Sequence record: KT895374.1
Reading direction: 5' to 3' (one strand)
DNA: 64,000 nucleotides
A program made the translations under genes and the position numbers. Of the stretch, positions 1-8,574 are shown one piece after another; the stretch's first letter is position 1, and each line of letters starts with the position of its first letter. The notes under the pieces were generated by a model. It saw nothing but the letters and a program-made list of their open reading frames with translations. It was not told the DNA's origin and made no database searches.

Positions 1-332
1 TAATAGAAATCATTCAAGATAAAAATGAAAAATATCATTTTTCTATTAATCAGAATAATGGATCTCTTTTGGATGAATTTAATTTTAATAAAGATTTTTC
101 AGGAGTTATAAAATTAATAGATGCTATATTAACTAATACTTACAAAGAAAATATTACATCTAAAGAAGAATATGAAAAAAACCTATATAAATTTCGCAAT
201 ATAGAAATAAAAACTAGAATAGAAAAAAATGATATAAGTGGAAAACAAGCCGAAGAAATGTTAAGTAGTTATCTGCATATTCGAATTATTAATGAGGAAA
301 ATAAAACTAAATTAAGATTATTAACAATATAG
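1..332 (+). CDS. 5'-truncated accessory protein, array A, with C-terminal TKLRLLxx motif
   Basis: Frame of ORF 69..332 is open back to the window edge (IEIIQDKNEKYHF, like VELIQDKDDNFHL of 3053..3580); ends EENKTKLRLLTI. Confidence 0.75.
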   Translation, partial: IEIIQDKNEKYHFSINQNNGSLLDEFNFNKDFSGVIKLIDAILTNTYKENITSKEEYEKNLYKFRNIEIKTRIEKNDISGKQAEEMLSSYLHIRIINEENKTKLRLLTI

Positions 333-345
333 GTGGTTATTTGAC

Positions 346-888
346 ATGACTGATATCTTTCAATCTATTCAAAATCAAATAATAAAAAAAGGATTTACTA
401 AGAATGAAAATAATTCATATGTAAAAGTAGACTTAGATAGTGCTCAAATTATCTCATTTGAAAAAACAGATATCGGATCAGTAATTAAGATTAATTATCG
501 TGATGATAAAAAATTTAAGTTAGTAAAAAATTTAGTTATACACATTTATAAAAAAGAAGAAAAAATATCTTACCATATTCATAAATATGATTATAGGAAT
601 AGTACAATAAAAGAGTATTTTTATCTGAAAAAATCAATTATCGAGTTTCAAAATATGATTTTAAAAATTATTTTAGAAGATGGATTTTTAGATAAAAATA
701 AGTCCTCTAATAAAAATGAGCCACCTAATGAAGAGATTGAATTTATAAATTTAGAAGTTAAGTTGAAAATAGATAATAATATTTATGACTATGATAATGC
801 TAAATTTGTTTTAGAAATGTTTGCTGAAGGGGATAATCCCATTCTTAATAAAGAAAATGAAACTAAATTAAGATTGCTAATTATGTAA
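346..888 (+). CDS. Hypothetical protein, array A paralog
   Basis: 180 aa ORF, SD aggtgg, ends KENETKLRLLIM. Confidence 0.8.
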   Translation: MTDIFQSIQNQIIKKGFTKNENNSYVKVDLDSAQIISFEKTDIGSVIKINYRDDKKFKLVKNLVIHIYKKEEKISYHIHKYDYRNSTIKEYFYLKKSIIEFQNMILKIILEDGFLDKNKSSNKNEPPNEEIEFINLEVKLKIDNNIYDYDNAKFVLEMFAEGDNPILNKENETKLRLLIM

Positions 889-891
889 AAT

Positions 892-1446
892 TTGAGGGTG
901 ATAAAATTGCAAGATTATATTGTTGAAGTCTTAGAAAATTTAGGCTATCGATTAAGAGTAAATCACTGGGATAAGGGTATTCCAAAAAAATCATACAGGA
1001 AAGGTAAAAGGAGTAAATCAATATTTGTTACTCTAGAAAAATCAACATGTTTTAAAGACATGATCTTGATTCAATATGTTAGAGATAATAGTCAATGTAG
1101 AAAATTTATACATGTTGATGCTTATGAAAAAGATAAAAAATATTATTTTAAAATAAAAATACATGATAGAGAAATGAATAAAGTGCCCACAAAGTATTAC
1201 TTTGATAAATCAATTAATGAAACTATAAGCATATTAACAGATGTTTTAAAAGGTAAACATGAATTAATTTTAGAATCTCATAAAGATGAAAAAAGTGAAA
1301 TCTTTTTAGATAATTTAAAAATAGAATTATATTTGGAGAATAATATTATGAATATTAACAATGCTAAAGTACTTATTAAATATGATGAAAAAAAGAAGAA
1401 TCTATCTGAAGAAAATAGAACTAAATTAAAATTACTAATGGTGTAG
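892..1446 (+). CDS. Hypothetical protein, array A paralog
   Basis: 184 aa ORF tightly packed behind previous one, ends EENRTKLKLLMV. Confidence 0.8.
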   Translation: MRVIKLQDYIVEVLENLGYRLRVNHWDKGIPKKSYRKGKRSKSIFVTLEKSTCFKDMILIQYVRDNSQCRKFIHVDAYEKDKKYYFKIKIHDREMNKVPTKYYFDKSINETISILTDVLKGKHELILESHKDEKSEIFLDNLKIELYLENNIMNINNAKVLIKYDEKKKNLSEENRTKLKLLMV

Positions 1447-1460
1447 AGGATGAATTAACC

Positions 1461-1976
1461 TTGTTAAATATAATAGAAAGTTTTTTAAAAGAAAAAGACT
1501 ATGATATACGTTATCTTACAAAAGAGAAAATTTTATTAAAAAAATCGGGTGAAAGAGATACTACTATAGAAAAATCTAAACAGTTTAAGTATTACGATCT
1601 TTTAAGAATAGAAACTATGAATTATGATGGATCCTATTATTATGATATTAATACCATTGAAATCATTAATAGAAATCAAAAATATAATTTTCTTATAAAA
1701 AATTATGAATTTTTTAAAGAAAAATATTTCTTTGATAAATCTTTAGATGATGTATTAATTTCTATTTTAAATGTTATGAAGGATAAACAAGAACTAGATA
1801 AACATATAGGGCATGGTTATAATGATCTAGATGCACGTAAATTTATGAATTTAAAAGTTTCTAATCAAATAGATAAAGAAGGTTTATCAATAGGTCCTTT
1901 AATTATTGATGCCTATCTTAGGGAACCTAAAATTAATGAAGAAAATAAAACCAAGTTAAAAATGTTGATATTATAG
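1461..1976 (+). CDS. Hypothetical protein, array A paralog
   Basis: 171 aa ORF, SD gagga, ends EENKTKLKMLIL. Confidence 0.8.
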   Translation: MLNIIESFLKEKDYDIRYLTKEKILLKKSGERDTTIEKSKQFKYYDLLRIETMNYDGSYYYDINTIEIINRNQKYNFLIKNYEFFKEKYFFDKSLDDVLISILNVMKDKQELDKHIGHGYNDLDARKFMNLKVSNQIDKEGLSIGPLIIDAYLREPKINEENKTKLKMLIL

Positions 1977-1999
1977 GGGGATGTTTGAAATGGAGAATT
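1968..1999 (+). repeat. 32-bp imperfect direct repeat, copy 1 (RBS/start region)
   Basis: atattatagggggatgtttgaaatggagaatt matches 2492..2523 at 30/32. Confidence 0.85.
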
Positions 2000-2165
2000 T
2001 CATGACGGAAACACCCAACATACCTGAACATATAAAAAGAAAAATTAATCGTTAAAAATAGAATAAATATAAGTTCCATTTTATTTTTATGCGGTTTATC
2101 GCTTATCAAAAATAAACGATAAAGTTATCGCAGTCAAAATCATGAAAAACAAGGGGAGATTTTAA

Positions 2166-2459
2166 ATGAGTCAAAAAACACGTGTAGTTAACAAATATCA
2201 CGGTGAACCATATGACGTATACATCGGTCGAGGTTCAAAATGGGGAAACCCGTTTTCGCACATGAAAGGAACAAAAGCAGATTTTACTGTTGAAACTAGG
2301 GATGAAGCTGTTGCTGCATATAGAGAATGGATTAAAACGCAGCCTTATTTACTCGCTGATTTAAAATCACTAAAAGGGAAAACACTCTGCTGTTTTTGTA
2401 AACCAAAATCATGTCACGGGGATATCTTGGCTGAACTAGCTGACGCAATCGATCATTAA
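2166..2459 (+). CDS. DUF4326-family protein
   Basis: YDVYIGRGSKWGNPF and LKGKTLCCFCKPKSCHGDIL match the family signature as recalled; visibly more GC-rich than flanks; SD ggggag. Confidence 0.8.
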   Translation: MSQKTRVVNKYHGEPYDVYIGRGSKWGNPFSHMKGTKADFTVETRDEAVAAYREWIKTQPYLLADLKSLKGKTLCCFCKPKSCHGDILAELADAIDH

Positions 2460-2491
2460 ACTAAAAAGAGTGAGTTTATTCTCACTCCCCT

Positions 2492-2523
2492 ATATTATAG
2501 GAGGATGTTTGAAATGGAAAATT
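2492..2523 (+). repeat. 32-bp imperfect direct repeat, copy 2
   Basis: atattataggaggatgtttgaaatggaaaatt. Confidence 0.85.
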
Positions 2524-3041
2524 CTTTATCTTTTGACTTAATTCTTGAGGCTATTAAAAAAGATGGTTTAAAAGAAAGATTTACAGACGAATTAATGGAT
2601 GGTGAAAAGATAGTCCAATTTGAGAATTTTAATATATCTGAAACGGGTTATGGATTTATTATTATTGTTTTTCACCATAAATTTAATGACAATATAATGG
2701 TAATAGATAATAATGTAAAAGAAAATTATAGAATTTTCTTAAGATTTAATAAGAAAAACTCTTCTAAAAGAATAATTGAAATAAAAACTTTTAAATATGA
2801 AAGTTTAAACCTAAAAAGTATTTTATATCTTATCAACAAAGCAACTAACTTAGATGATTTCCAATTAGAAAAATATAGAAAAATTAATAATAGCGAATTG
2901 ACAGATATTGGAATTAATTATAGGCTTAAAAATGGTAAGTTAACTGATAAAATGATAAAAGATACTCTTAGATATCAACATCATGAAAATATGAGAGTAG
3001 GTAACGAAGTTCTAGCAAAATTAAAAATATTAGCAGTATAG
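2505..3041 (+). CDS. Hypothetical protein, array A paralog
   Basis: 178 aa ORF, SD ggagga, ends NEVLAKLKILAV. Confidence 0.8.
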   Translation: MFEMENSLSFDLILEAIKKDGLKERFTDELMDGEKIVQFENFNISETGYGFIIIVFHHKFNDNIMVIDNNVKENYRIFLRFNKKNSSKRIIEIKTFKYESLNLKSILYLINKATNLDDFQLEKYRKINNSELTDIGINYRLKNGKLTDKMIKDTLRYQHHENMRVGNEVLAKLKILAV

Positions 3042-3052
3042 GAGATTTTCAA

Positions 3053-3580
3053 ATGATTAATTTTATAAAAGACGCTCTTAATGAAGAAGGTTATATTGAA
3101 AAATCTACTGCAATACAATCTAAATATCATCATATGGAAAAAGAAAATAGAGAATTAATATTAAAACAAGATGACGTTAGTTGTTGGATTATCTGTCAGG
3201 ATAGTGATTTAAGAGTAGAACTAATTCAAGATAAAGATGATAATTTTCATCTTGGTTTTTGGGATATAGAAGATAATATAAATGGTTATCATTATTATAA
3301 TAGAAATCTAGAAGATTTATTGTCAGTAATAAAAGAAATATTTAATAGTAGTTATTTACTTAAAAGCTATTGTAATAATCAAGATTTTAATAAAAATCAT
3401 GAGATATTTATTCATAAAAGATTGGAAGCAAAAATTAATAGGAATTTTCTAAATAATGAAAATGCAAAAGATTTATTAGATTATTATAATAATAGACAAT
3501 TCAATAAAAATCATAACCGAATAAGAGAAAATTTCTTCACTGAAGAGATATTGACAAAACTAAGATTACTAGTAATATAA
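3053..3580 (+). CDS. Hypothetical protein, array A paralog
   Basis: 175 aa ORF, SD ggaga, ends EEILTKLRLLVI; GYHYYN shared with next ORF. Confidence 0.8.
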   Translation: MINFIKDALNEEGYIEKSTAIQSKYHHMEKENRELILKQDDVSCWIICQDSDLRVELIQDKDDNFHLGFWDIEDNINGYHYYNRNLEDLLSVIKEIFNSSYLLKSYCNNQDFNKNHEIFIHKRLEAKINRNFLNNENAKDLLDYYNNRQFNKNHNRIRENFFTEEILTKLRLLVI

Positions 3581-3597
3581 GTAAGAGGTGATTATAA

Positions 3598-4107
3598 ATT
3601 AATCCTATAGAGAATTTTATTATTGAAGAGGGATATAAATTACAGGAATTAGATGATGAATATTTCCATTTTATAAAGAAAGAAAATCATTTATTGGTAT
3701 TAAAATTAGATGATTCTAATTTTCAGATTAGTCTTCCTAATAATAATAATAGTTTAAAAATAGAAGTAGTTCTGGATGCAGATGAAAAATCCCATTATAG
3801 TATTTATCTTTTAAAAGATGATTTAGGTGTAGAAGGATATCACTATTATAATAAAACATTAGAGGATCTATTTTTATCTTTAAAAGATATTATTGATGGT
3901 AATTATTTATTTAAAAAATATTATACAAACAAAGAATTTCGTAAAAATGATGAAATATTTAAATACAAAAGACTAGAGGTGAGAATCAAAAGGGGTTTAT
4001 TAAAAAGTAGGGAAGCAAAACATATATTAAGTTATCATAAAAATCATTTAGACGATAGTTTTTTTAATGAAGAGATTATAACGAAACTAAAATTATTAGC
4101 GTTATAA
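3598..4107 (+). CDS. Hypothetical protein, array A paralog (probable ATT start at 3598)
   Basis: Frame open from 3598 (INPIENFIIEEGY) aligning with MINFIKDALNEEGY of preceding paralog; SD gaggtg 7 nt upstream; ends EEIITKLKLLAL. Confidence 0.75.
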   Translation: MNPIENFIIEEGYKLQELDDEYFHFIKKENHLLVLKLDDSNFQISLPNNNNSLKIEVVLDADEKSHYSIYLLKDDLGVEGYHYYNKTLEDLFLSLKDIIDGNYLFKKYYTNKEFRKNDEIFKYKRLEVRIKRGLLKSREAKHILSYHKNHLDDSFFNEEIITKLKLLAL

Positions 4108-4110
4108 TAA

Positions 4111-4146
4111 AGAGCTATCTATAATTAGATAGCTCTATTTTTTTTA
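4111..4146. terminator. Intrinsic terminator between convergent genes
   Basis: agagctatcta-taat-tagatagctct followed by T-tract. Confidence 0.8.
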
Positions 4147-4968
4147 TTTATTTGTTAGTTCTAAAATTACTTTTCTAATATAATTACTAATCAATCCGAG
4201 TCTCAATACAATTCCATTATTTATTGATAGTAGTTTAGTTTGACAGTCTAAAATTGTTTTTCCAACTAGATATTTAACACTGTCTTCATCTTCACGTTCT
4301 AATCTATGAGCAATATCTTCTAGATTTGATTGTGATTCTTTACACGTTTTTTCAATATCAGCAATATCGTTGGGAATTTTAATTAGATAACTTAATAATC
4401 TTTTAATATCTTTTGATGAATATTCAGTCTCTTCTTCTTTTCTAATCTCATTAATGTAGAAATCATCTACCTCACTTAAATGATTTTTTACAATTTTATC
4501 TAGATCTGTAAATTCTTCTTTATTCTTTACCCTAGCCATTAAATTTAAAGAAGACATTAGGTTACTATAAGCCTTTATTTCAGATATCTTATTAATACTT
4601 TGATAAACACGATCAATATTTAATTCAGATTTTACATATTTAGTTTTATCCATAAATGTAGCTTGTTTAATAGATTTTTCTAAATCTGAAGCCATTTTCT
4701 TGATAGTTGCTTTATATTTCCCAAGTTTTTTAATTATCCAATCCATAATTGTTCTAATTAGATCTTTAATACGTTTTAATAGTGCTTTAATTGCAGACAT
4801 TAAAGACTCATTAAATGTAGTATAATCAATTGATTCATTTAATAGTAATGATTCTTTTTTTATAAGCTCATTTTCTTCTAATGAATTAATCATTAAAATA
4901 TTAAATAACATTGATTCATTATTAGTAGTATCTAATACTATTCTTTCTAAATCCATGACTTTTACCAT
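4144..4968 (-). CDS. Putative internal head/virion protein
   Basis: 274 aa, late-type promoter, N-terminal NNES/LLNES/TFNES putative protease sites, helical. Confidence 0.6.
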   Translation of the reverse strand: MVKVMDLERIVLDTTNNESMLFNILMINSLEENELIKKESLLLNESIDYTTFNESLMSAIKALLKRIKDLIRTIMDWIIKKLGKYKATIKKMASDLEKSIKQATFMDKTKYVKSELNIDRVYQSINKISEIKAYSNLMSSLNLMARVKNKEEFTDLDKIVKNHLSEVDDFYINEIRKEEETEYSSKDIKRLLSYLIKIPNDIADIEKTCKESQSNLEDIAHRLEREDEDSVKYLVGKTILDCQTKLLSINNGIVLRLGLISNYIRKVILELTNK

Positions 4969-4984
4969 CCTTATTTTTAATTTA

Positions 4985-4996
4985 TATCAATATGTT
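4985..4996 (-). promoter_or_regulatory. Late promoter AACA-N6-TA
   Basis: aaca-tattga-ta upstream of 4968. Confidence 0.7.
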
Positions 4997-5009
4997 TAAA
5001 TTTAAAATA

Positions 5010-5021
5010 AATATATATTAT
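5010..5021 (+). promoter_or_regulatory. Early-type promoter AATATATATTAT
   Basis: Recurring intergenic motif at heads of non-structural operons. Confidence 0.65.
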
Positions 5022-5055
5022 TTAAATGATTATAATTGAAATGGAGGAAAATTTT

Positions 5056-5253
5056 TTGGGTAGGAAAACTGAATTAATAAAGAAAGTATTGAATAAAATT
5101 AGCACTTCTAGAATTAAGTATTCGAATGAAAATGTTAATTTTAAATTTAATGAAAAAGGATTAAATCTAAATTATAATAGAAAGGATAATACTAATGGAA
5201 AATCTTCTGACCAAAGAAGAATTAGTGGAAAAGATAAAAGGAAGAGCAAATGA
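5056..5253 (+). CDS. Small basic hypothetical protein
   Basis: SD ggagg 5043-5047 then TTG 5056 in frame of ORF 5026..5253; overlaps next gene by 59 nt. Confidence 0.45.
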   Translation: MGRKTELIKKVLNKISTSRIKYSNENVNFKFNEKGLNLNYNRKDNTNGKSSDQRRISGKDKRKSK

Positions 5254-5686
5254 TTATGAAATTGTAGAAGATTTAGATTTCTATGATCCAACAGAAAAAA
5301 TAAAGGTATTGCATAAGAATGAAATAACTGGAAAAAGATATCATGAAGTAAAAGTTGATATTTATGATTTAATTAATGGAAGTATGATGTGTCCTAAATG
5401 TTACCCTGATAGAACACATGAATATGGTATTAAAGTAATTAAAAAATATATTATAGAAGAGTTAAAATATAAAGAGGAAGATATAGAAGAAAACGTAGAG
5501 TTTAAAGGTTTAAAAATAGACTTCAAAATAAATAATGTTTATATACATTATTTTGATAATGGATACCTAAGAAATTATAAACATCCAAATGAAAAAATGA
5601 GGAAGTATCTAGATGTATTCGAAAATGTGAAAGAAAAGCTTATAGTTTTTGAATATTTAGGAATGAAAGAATTAGATTATAATTAA
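5195..5686 (+). CDS. Zn-ribbon (CPKC) protein resembling a degenerate Vsr/DUF559-like endonuclease
   Basis: YEIVEDL..TEKIKVLHK..CPKC..IDFKINNVYIHYFD parallels the architecture of the intron endonuclease 13174..14118 but lacks IEYDG.QH. Confidence 0.5.
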   Translation: MENLLTKEELVEKIKGRANDYEIVEDLDFYDPTEKIKVLHKNEITGKRYHEVKVDIYDLINGSMMCPKCYPDRTHEYGIKVIKKYIIEELKYKEEDIEENVEFKGLKIDFKINNVYIHYFDNGYLRNYKHPNEKMRKYLDVFENVKEKLIVFEYLGMKELDYN

Positions 5687-5700
5687 GGAGTATAAAAAAT

Positions 5701-5979
5701 ATGTCCGAAAGAAAAACCATTAAAAAGAATGTTAGATTTGAGGGAAATAAATATCCCATTAAAGTTACATTTTGTGAAGGAAAAATAGAATTAATTTCAA
5801 TATATGATAAAAAAAATAAAGCTGTCTACAATATTGAAGTACCTGAAAATTCAAGAATGTATAGTGACCAAAATTTGATCCGAAGAGCTATAGAATTGCA
5901 TATTGAAGAGAAAGATAAAAATTATGAAAAGAATAAAGAATCTATTAAAAGACTTAAAAGTTGGAACGGAAAGCTTTAA
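5701..5979 (+). CDS. Small protein, WxGK(L/I)-tail family copy 1
   Basis: TIKKNVRFEGNKY...SWNGKL. Confidence 0.75.
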   Translation: MSERKTIKKNVRFEGNKYPIKVTFCEGKIELISIYDKKNKAVYNIEVPENSRMYSDQNLIRRAIELHIEEKDKNYEKNKESIKRLKSWNGKL

Positions 5980-5995
5980 CTAGGGGGTAGATTAA

Positions 5996-6307
5996 TTGTT
6001 ATTTAAAAAAGATAGGAGAACTATTAAAAAGAATGTTGAATATGAAGGAGTTAAATATTCTATTGGAGTTAAATTTAATGGAAATTTAATAGAGAAAGTT
6101 GTAATTTATAATGATAAGGGTAAAATCAAATATCAATATAAAATATCGTATTATCCATCAGGAATGGATGGAATTATTGAATTAATTGAACTAGTCATAA
6201 TAAGTTATAATCGTGAAATAGAGGAAGATTTAAAGTTCAAAAAAGAAGAGAAATTACTGAAAGAAAAAATTACTAAAGGGTTTAATGAATGGGATGGAAA
6301 ACTTTAA
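5996..6307 (+). CDS. Small protein, WxGK(L/I)-tail family copy 2
   Basis: TIKKNVEYEGVKY...EWDGKL. Confidence 0.75.
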   Translation: MLFKKDRRTIKKNVEYEGVKYSIGVKFNGNLIEKVVIYNDKGKIKYQYKISYYPSGMDGIIELIELVIISYNREIEEDLKFKKEEKLLKEKITKGFNEWDGKL

Positions 6308-6326
6308 TTTAAAAGGAATGATATTA

Positions 6327-6608
6327 TTGTTATTCGGAAAAAATATTATTAAAAAGAATGTTGAATATGAAGGAGTTAAATATTCTATTGGAGTTAAATT
6401 TAACAAAGGTGAGATAGACATAATTATAATTTATAATGATAAAGGTAAAATCAAATATCGCCATGAGCCAGCTAACTCCTCAAGGATATATGATGATAGT
6501 TATTTAATTAAAGATGCTATAAAAAAATACAATAAAGAAGAACAGATGAAATTATGGAATAAAAAAGTTATTAAAAAATTTAATGAATGGGATGGAAAGA
6601 TTAATTAA
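6327..6608 (+). CDS. Small protein, WxGK(L/I)-tail family copy 3
   Basis: SD aagga then TTG 6327 (MLFGK, cf. MLFKK of copy 2); ends EWDGKIN; 57-bp exact identity 6347..6403 with 6022..6078. Confidence 0.75.
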   Translation: MLFGKNIIKKNVEYEGVKYSIGVKFNKGEIDIIIIYNDKGKIKYRHEPANSSRIYDDSYLIKDAIKKYNKEEQMKLWNKKVIKKFNEWDGKIN

Positions 6609-6642
6609 CTAGCTAAAATATATTATGAGTTAGGAGAAAAAA

Positions 6643-7314
6643 ATGAAAAATTTGAAAAAAGATTATGTATTGGTTTATGAAGATAATGGTGATCAAGAAG
6701 TTAGACTTACTTCTATTGTAGGTGCTTCATTAGTGGAAATAAAAGATGGATTCTCAGTAGAAAATTTTATTGGATTTACTGAAAGGGAAGAAGTTATTAA
6801 TTCGTTAAAAGAAGAAAGTTTTTCTTCTATTTTAAATAGAAAAAAGGAACTATATGAAGAATTTGGGATTAAAAAAACAGAAATACTAGGTAAGGTAATT
6901 ACTATTTCAAATGATTTTTCTGATTCTGATAATTTAGATAGAGAAGAACTAATTGATGGTAAAAACGAAAATGATATTATACATCAATTTGAATTTTTAA
7001 ATATTAATAATGAATTAAACGTTGTATTTTTGTCTAGTTATGATCTTACAGAATTTGGCACACCTGTTATTTTAGGATATATCACTAGAAAAAGTCAAGA
7101 GGATATATTAGAAGAATTAAGATCAATTAAAATTAATAATGTTGTTAAGAGAGGAAGAATGTCTTACAATCAAGACTTTAATGACAATGATGGGAACATG
7201 TATATTTTTGAGAAATATCTAGATGATTCTAATAATTATATTAAAGCAAAATATGTATTATTGCAAACTTTTCTAAGTGAACCTCTTGTTGAAGTTAGTA
7301 AAAAAGATGAATAG
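6643..7314 (+). CDS. Hypothetical protein
   Basis: 223 aa ORF, SD aggag, followed by terminator. Confidence 0.7.
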   Translation: MKNLKKDYVLVYEDNGDQEVRLTSIVGASLVEIKDGFSVENFIGFTEREEVINSLKEESFSSILNRKKELYEEFGIKKTEILGKVITISNDFSDSDNLDREELIDGKNENDIIHQFEFLNINNELNVVFLSSYDLTEFGTPVILGYITRKSQEDILEELRSIKINNVVKRGRMSYNQDFNDNDGNMYIFEKYLDDSNNYIKAKYVLLQTFLSEPLVEVSKKDE

Positions 7315-7315
7315 C

Positions 7316-7347
7316 AAATAAGGATACCTTAATTGGTATCCTTATTT
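7316..7347. terminator. Bidirectional intrinsic terminator
   Basis: aaataaggatacc-ttaatt-ggtatccttattt between convergent genes. Confidence 0.75.
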
Positions 7348-7358
7348 ATATTATAAGA

Positions 7359-7658
7359 TTATTGATTTAAATGATCTTTGATAGCTTTATGAGCTTTGAA
7401 AGAAACTGTACGAGCTTCAGGGATTTCTACAGCTTCACCAGTTTGTGGATTACGACCAGTATAAGCTTTACGAACTTTTACATTTAGAGATCCTAATCCT
7501 GGAAGAGTAGTAGATGTTTCTTTATCTTTGTTAAGATCTTCTTTAATAAGTTCAACTACTGATTCATATACTGCACGAGCTTCTTTCTCAGTAAGTTTAA
7601 GACCTTCTTTTTCTTCAACCTTAGCTTTAAGTGCTTTTTGCATTTCAACGATAGACAT
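7359..7658 (-). CDS. hup: HU-family histone-like DNA-binding protein
   Basis: LPGLGSLNVKVRKAYTGRNPQTGEAVEIPEARTVSFKA is the HU/IHF signature; SD aggagag. Confidence 0.92.
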   Translation of the reverse strand: MSIVEMQKALKAKVEEKEGLKLTEKEARAVYESVVELIKEDLNKDKETSTTLPGLGSLNVKVRKAYTGRNPQTGEAVEIPEARTVSFKAHKAIKDHLNQ

Positions 7659-7708
7659 ATAAAATCTCTCCTTAAATAATTTATATTTTTATATCAATGA
7701 TTAATTGA

Positions 7709-7720
7709 TATAAAATTGTT
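7709..7720 (-). promoter_or_regulatory. Late promoter AACA-N6-TA for HU
   Basis: aaca-atttta-ta. Confidence 0.65.
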
Positions 7721-7777
7721 TTATTCAAAATGATTTTTTTTATTTTTATGAAAATATTGAAAGGGGATATCATAGTA

Positions 7778-8560
7778 ATGAAATCCTATAGAGTGAATAG
7801 AAAATATATAGATCCTGATTTATTATCTAAAATGTTAGATGATTATAGTGACTCAATAGATATTATAAGTCTATTGGAAAACTATAAGATAAGAACAGAT
7901 AGTTTAGGAAAAATTATAGATCTGGTTAAAGATGATATAATTCCAGAAAATAGAGAAATATTAAGTTTTATTCTTACAAATCTAACAGATATTTTAATTT
8001 ATAAAAATAAAAGAGTATTAGAAGAATTTATATTTAATGAAATACCTAATCATTTTTATTATATGAGAGATGTCTTTATTTATAATGAATTTAATACAAA
8101 AATTGTAAGTAGATTTATGAAAGAATATGATGTAGGCTTAGAAATTGGTTGTGATATTATAAATAGAAACGGTTTAGACATAAAATTAATTGATATTTTA
8201 GAAAAGAAATATCCATCAGAAGAGGAAATAAGTTTAATTTGGCAAAAACTAACACCTATGTTAAATGAAGATCATAAAGAGATTATAAAGAAAAAGAAAG
8301 AAAATATAGATTGGAACTTACTTATCGAAAAAAATGATTTATCACCATCTTTTGTATATTATTTAGAATTAGATAAGTATGAAGAATTTAAAAATAATCC
8401 ACTAACATACTCTAATATTAAATACCCTAGTTTTGTAATTGAAAACCGTAAATATTTAAATAATGAAGAAAATTTAAATGGATTAAAAGATAACTGGTTC
8501 TTACTTAATACAAGTTCAAAAAAAGAAATAAGTGATTTAATAAAATTATTTGAAATCTAG
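7778..8560 (+). CDS. Hypothetical helical-repeat protein, array B
   Basis: ATG 7778 after SD agggga; IDWNLL repeat remnant; ends KEISDLIKLFEI. Confidence 0.75.
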   Translation: MKSYRVNRKYIDPDLLSKMLDDYSDSIDIISLLENYKIRTDSLGKIIDLVKDDIIPENREILSFILTNLTDILIYKNKRVLEEFIFNEIPNHFYYMRDVFIYNEFNTKIVSRFMKEYDVGLEIGCDIINRNGLDIKLIDILEKKYPSEEEISLIWQKLTPMLNEDHKEIIKKKKENIDWNLLIEKNDLSPSFVYYLELDKYEEFKNNPLTYSNIKYPSFVIENRKYLNNEENLNGLKDNWFLLNTSSKKEISDLIKLFEI

Positions 8561-8574
8561 GGAGGGATAATAAG

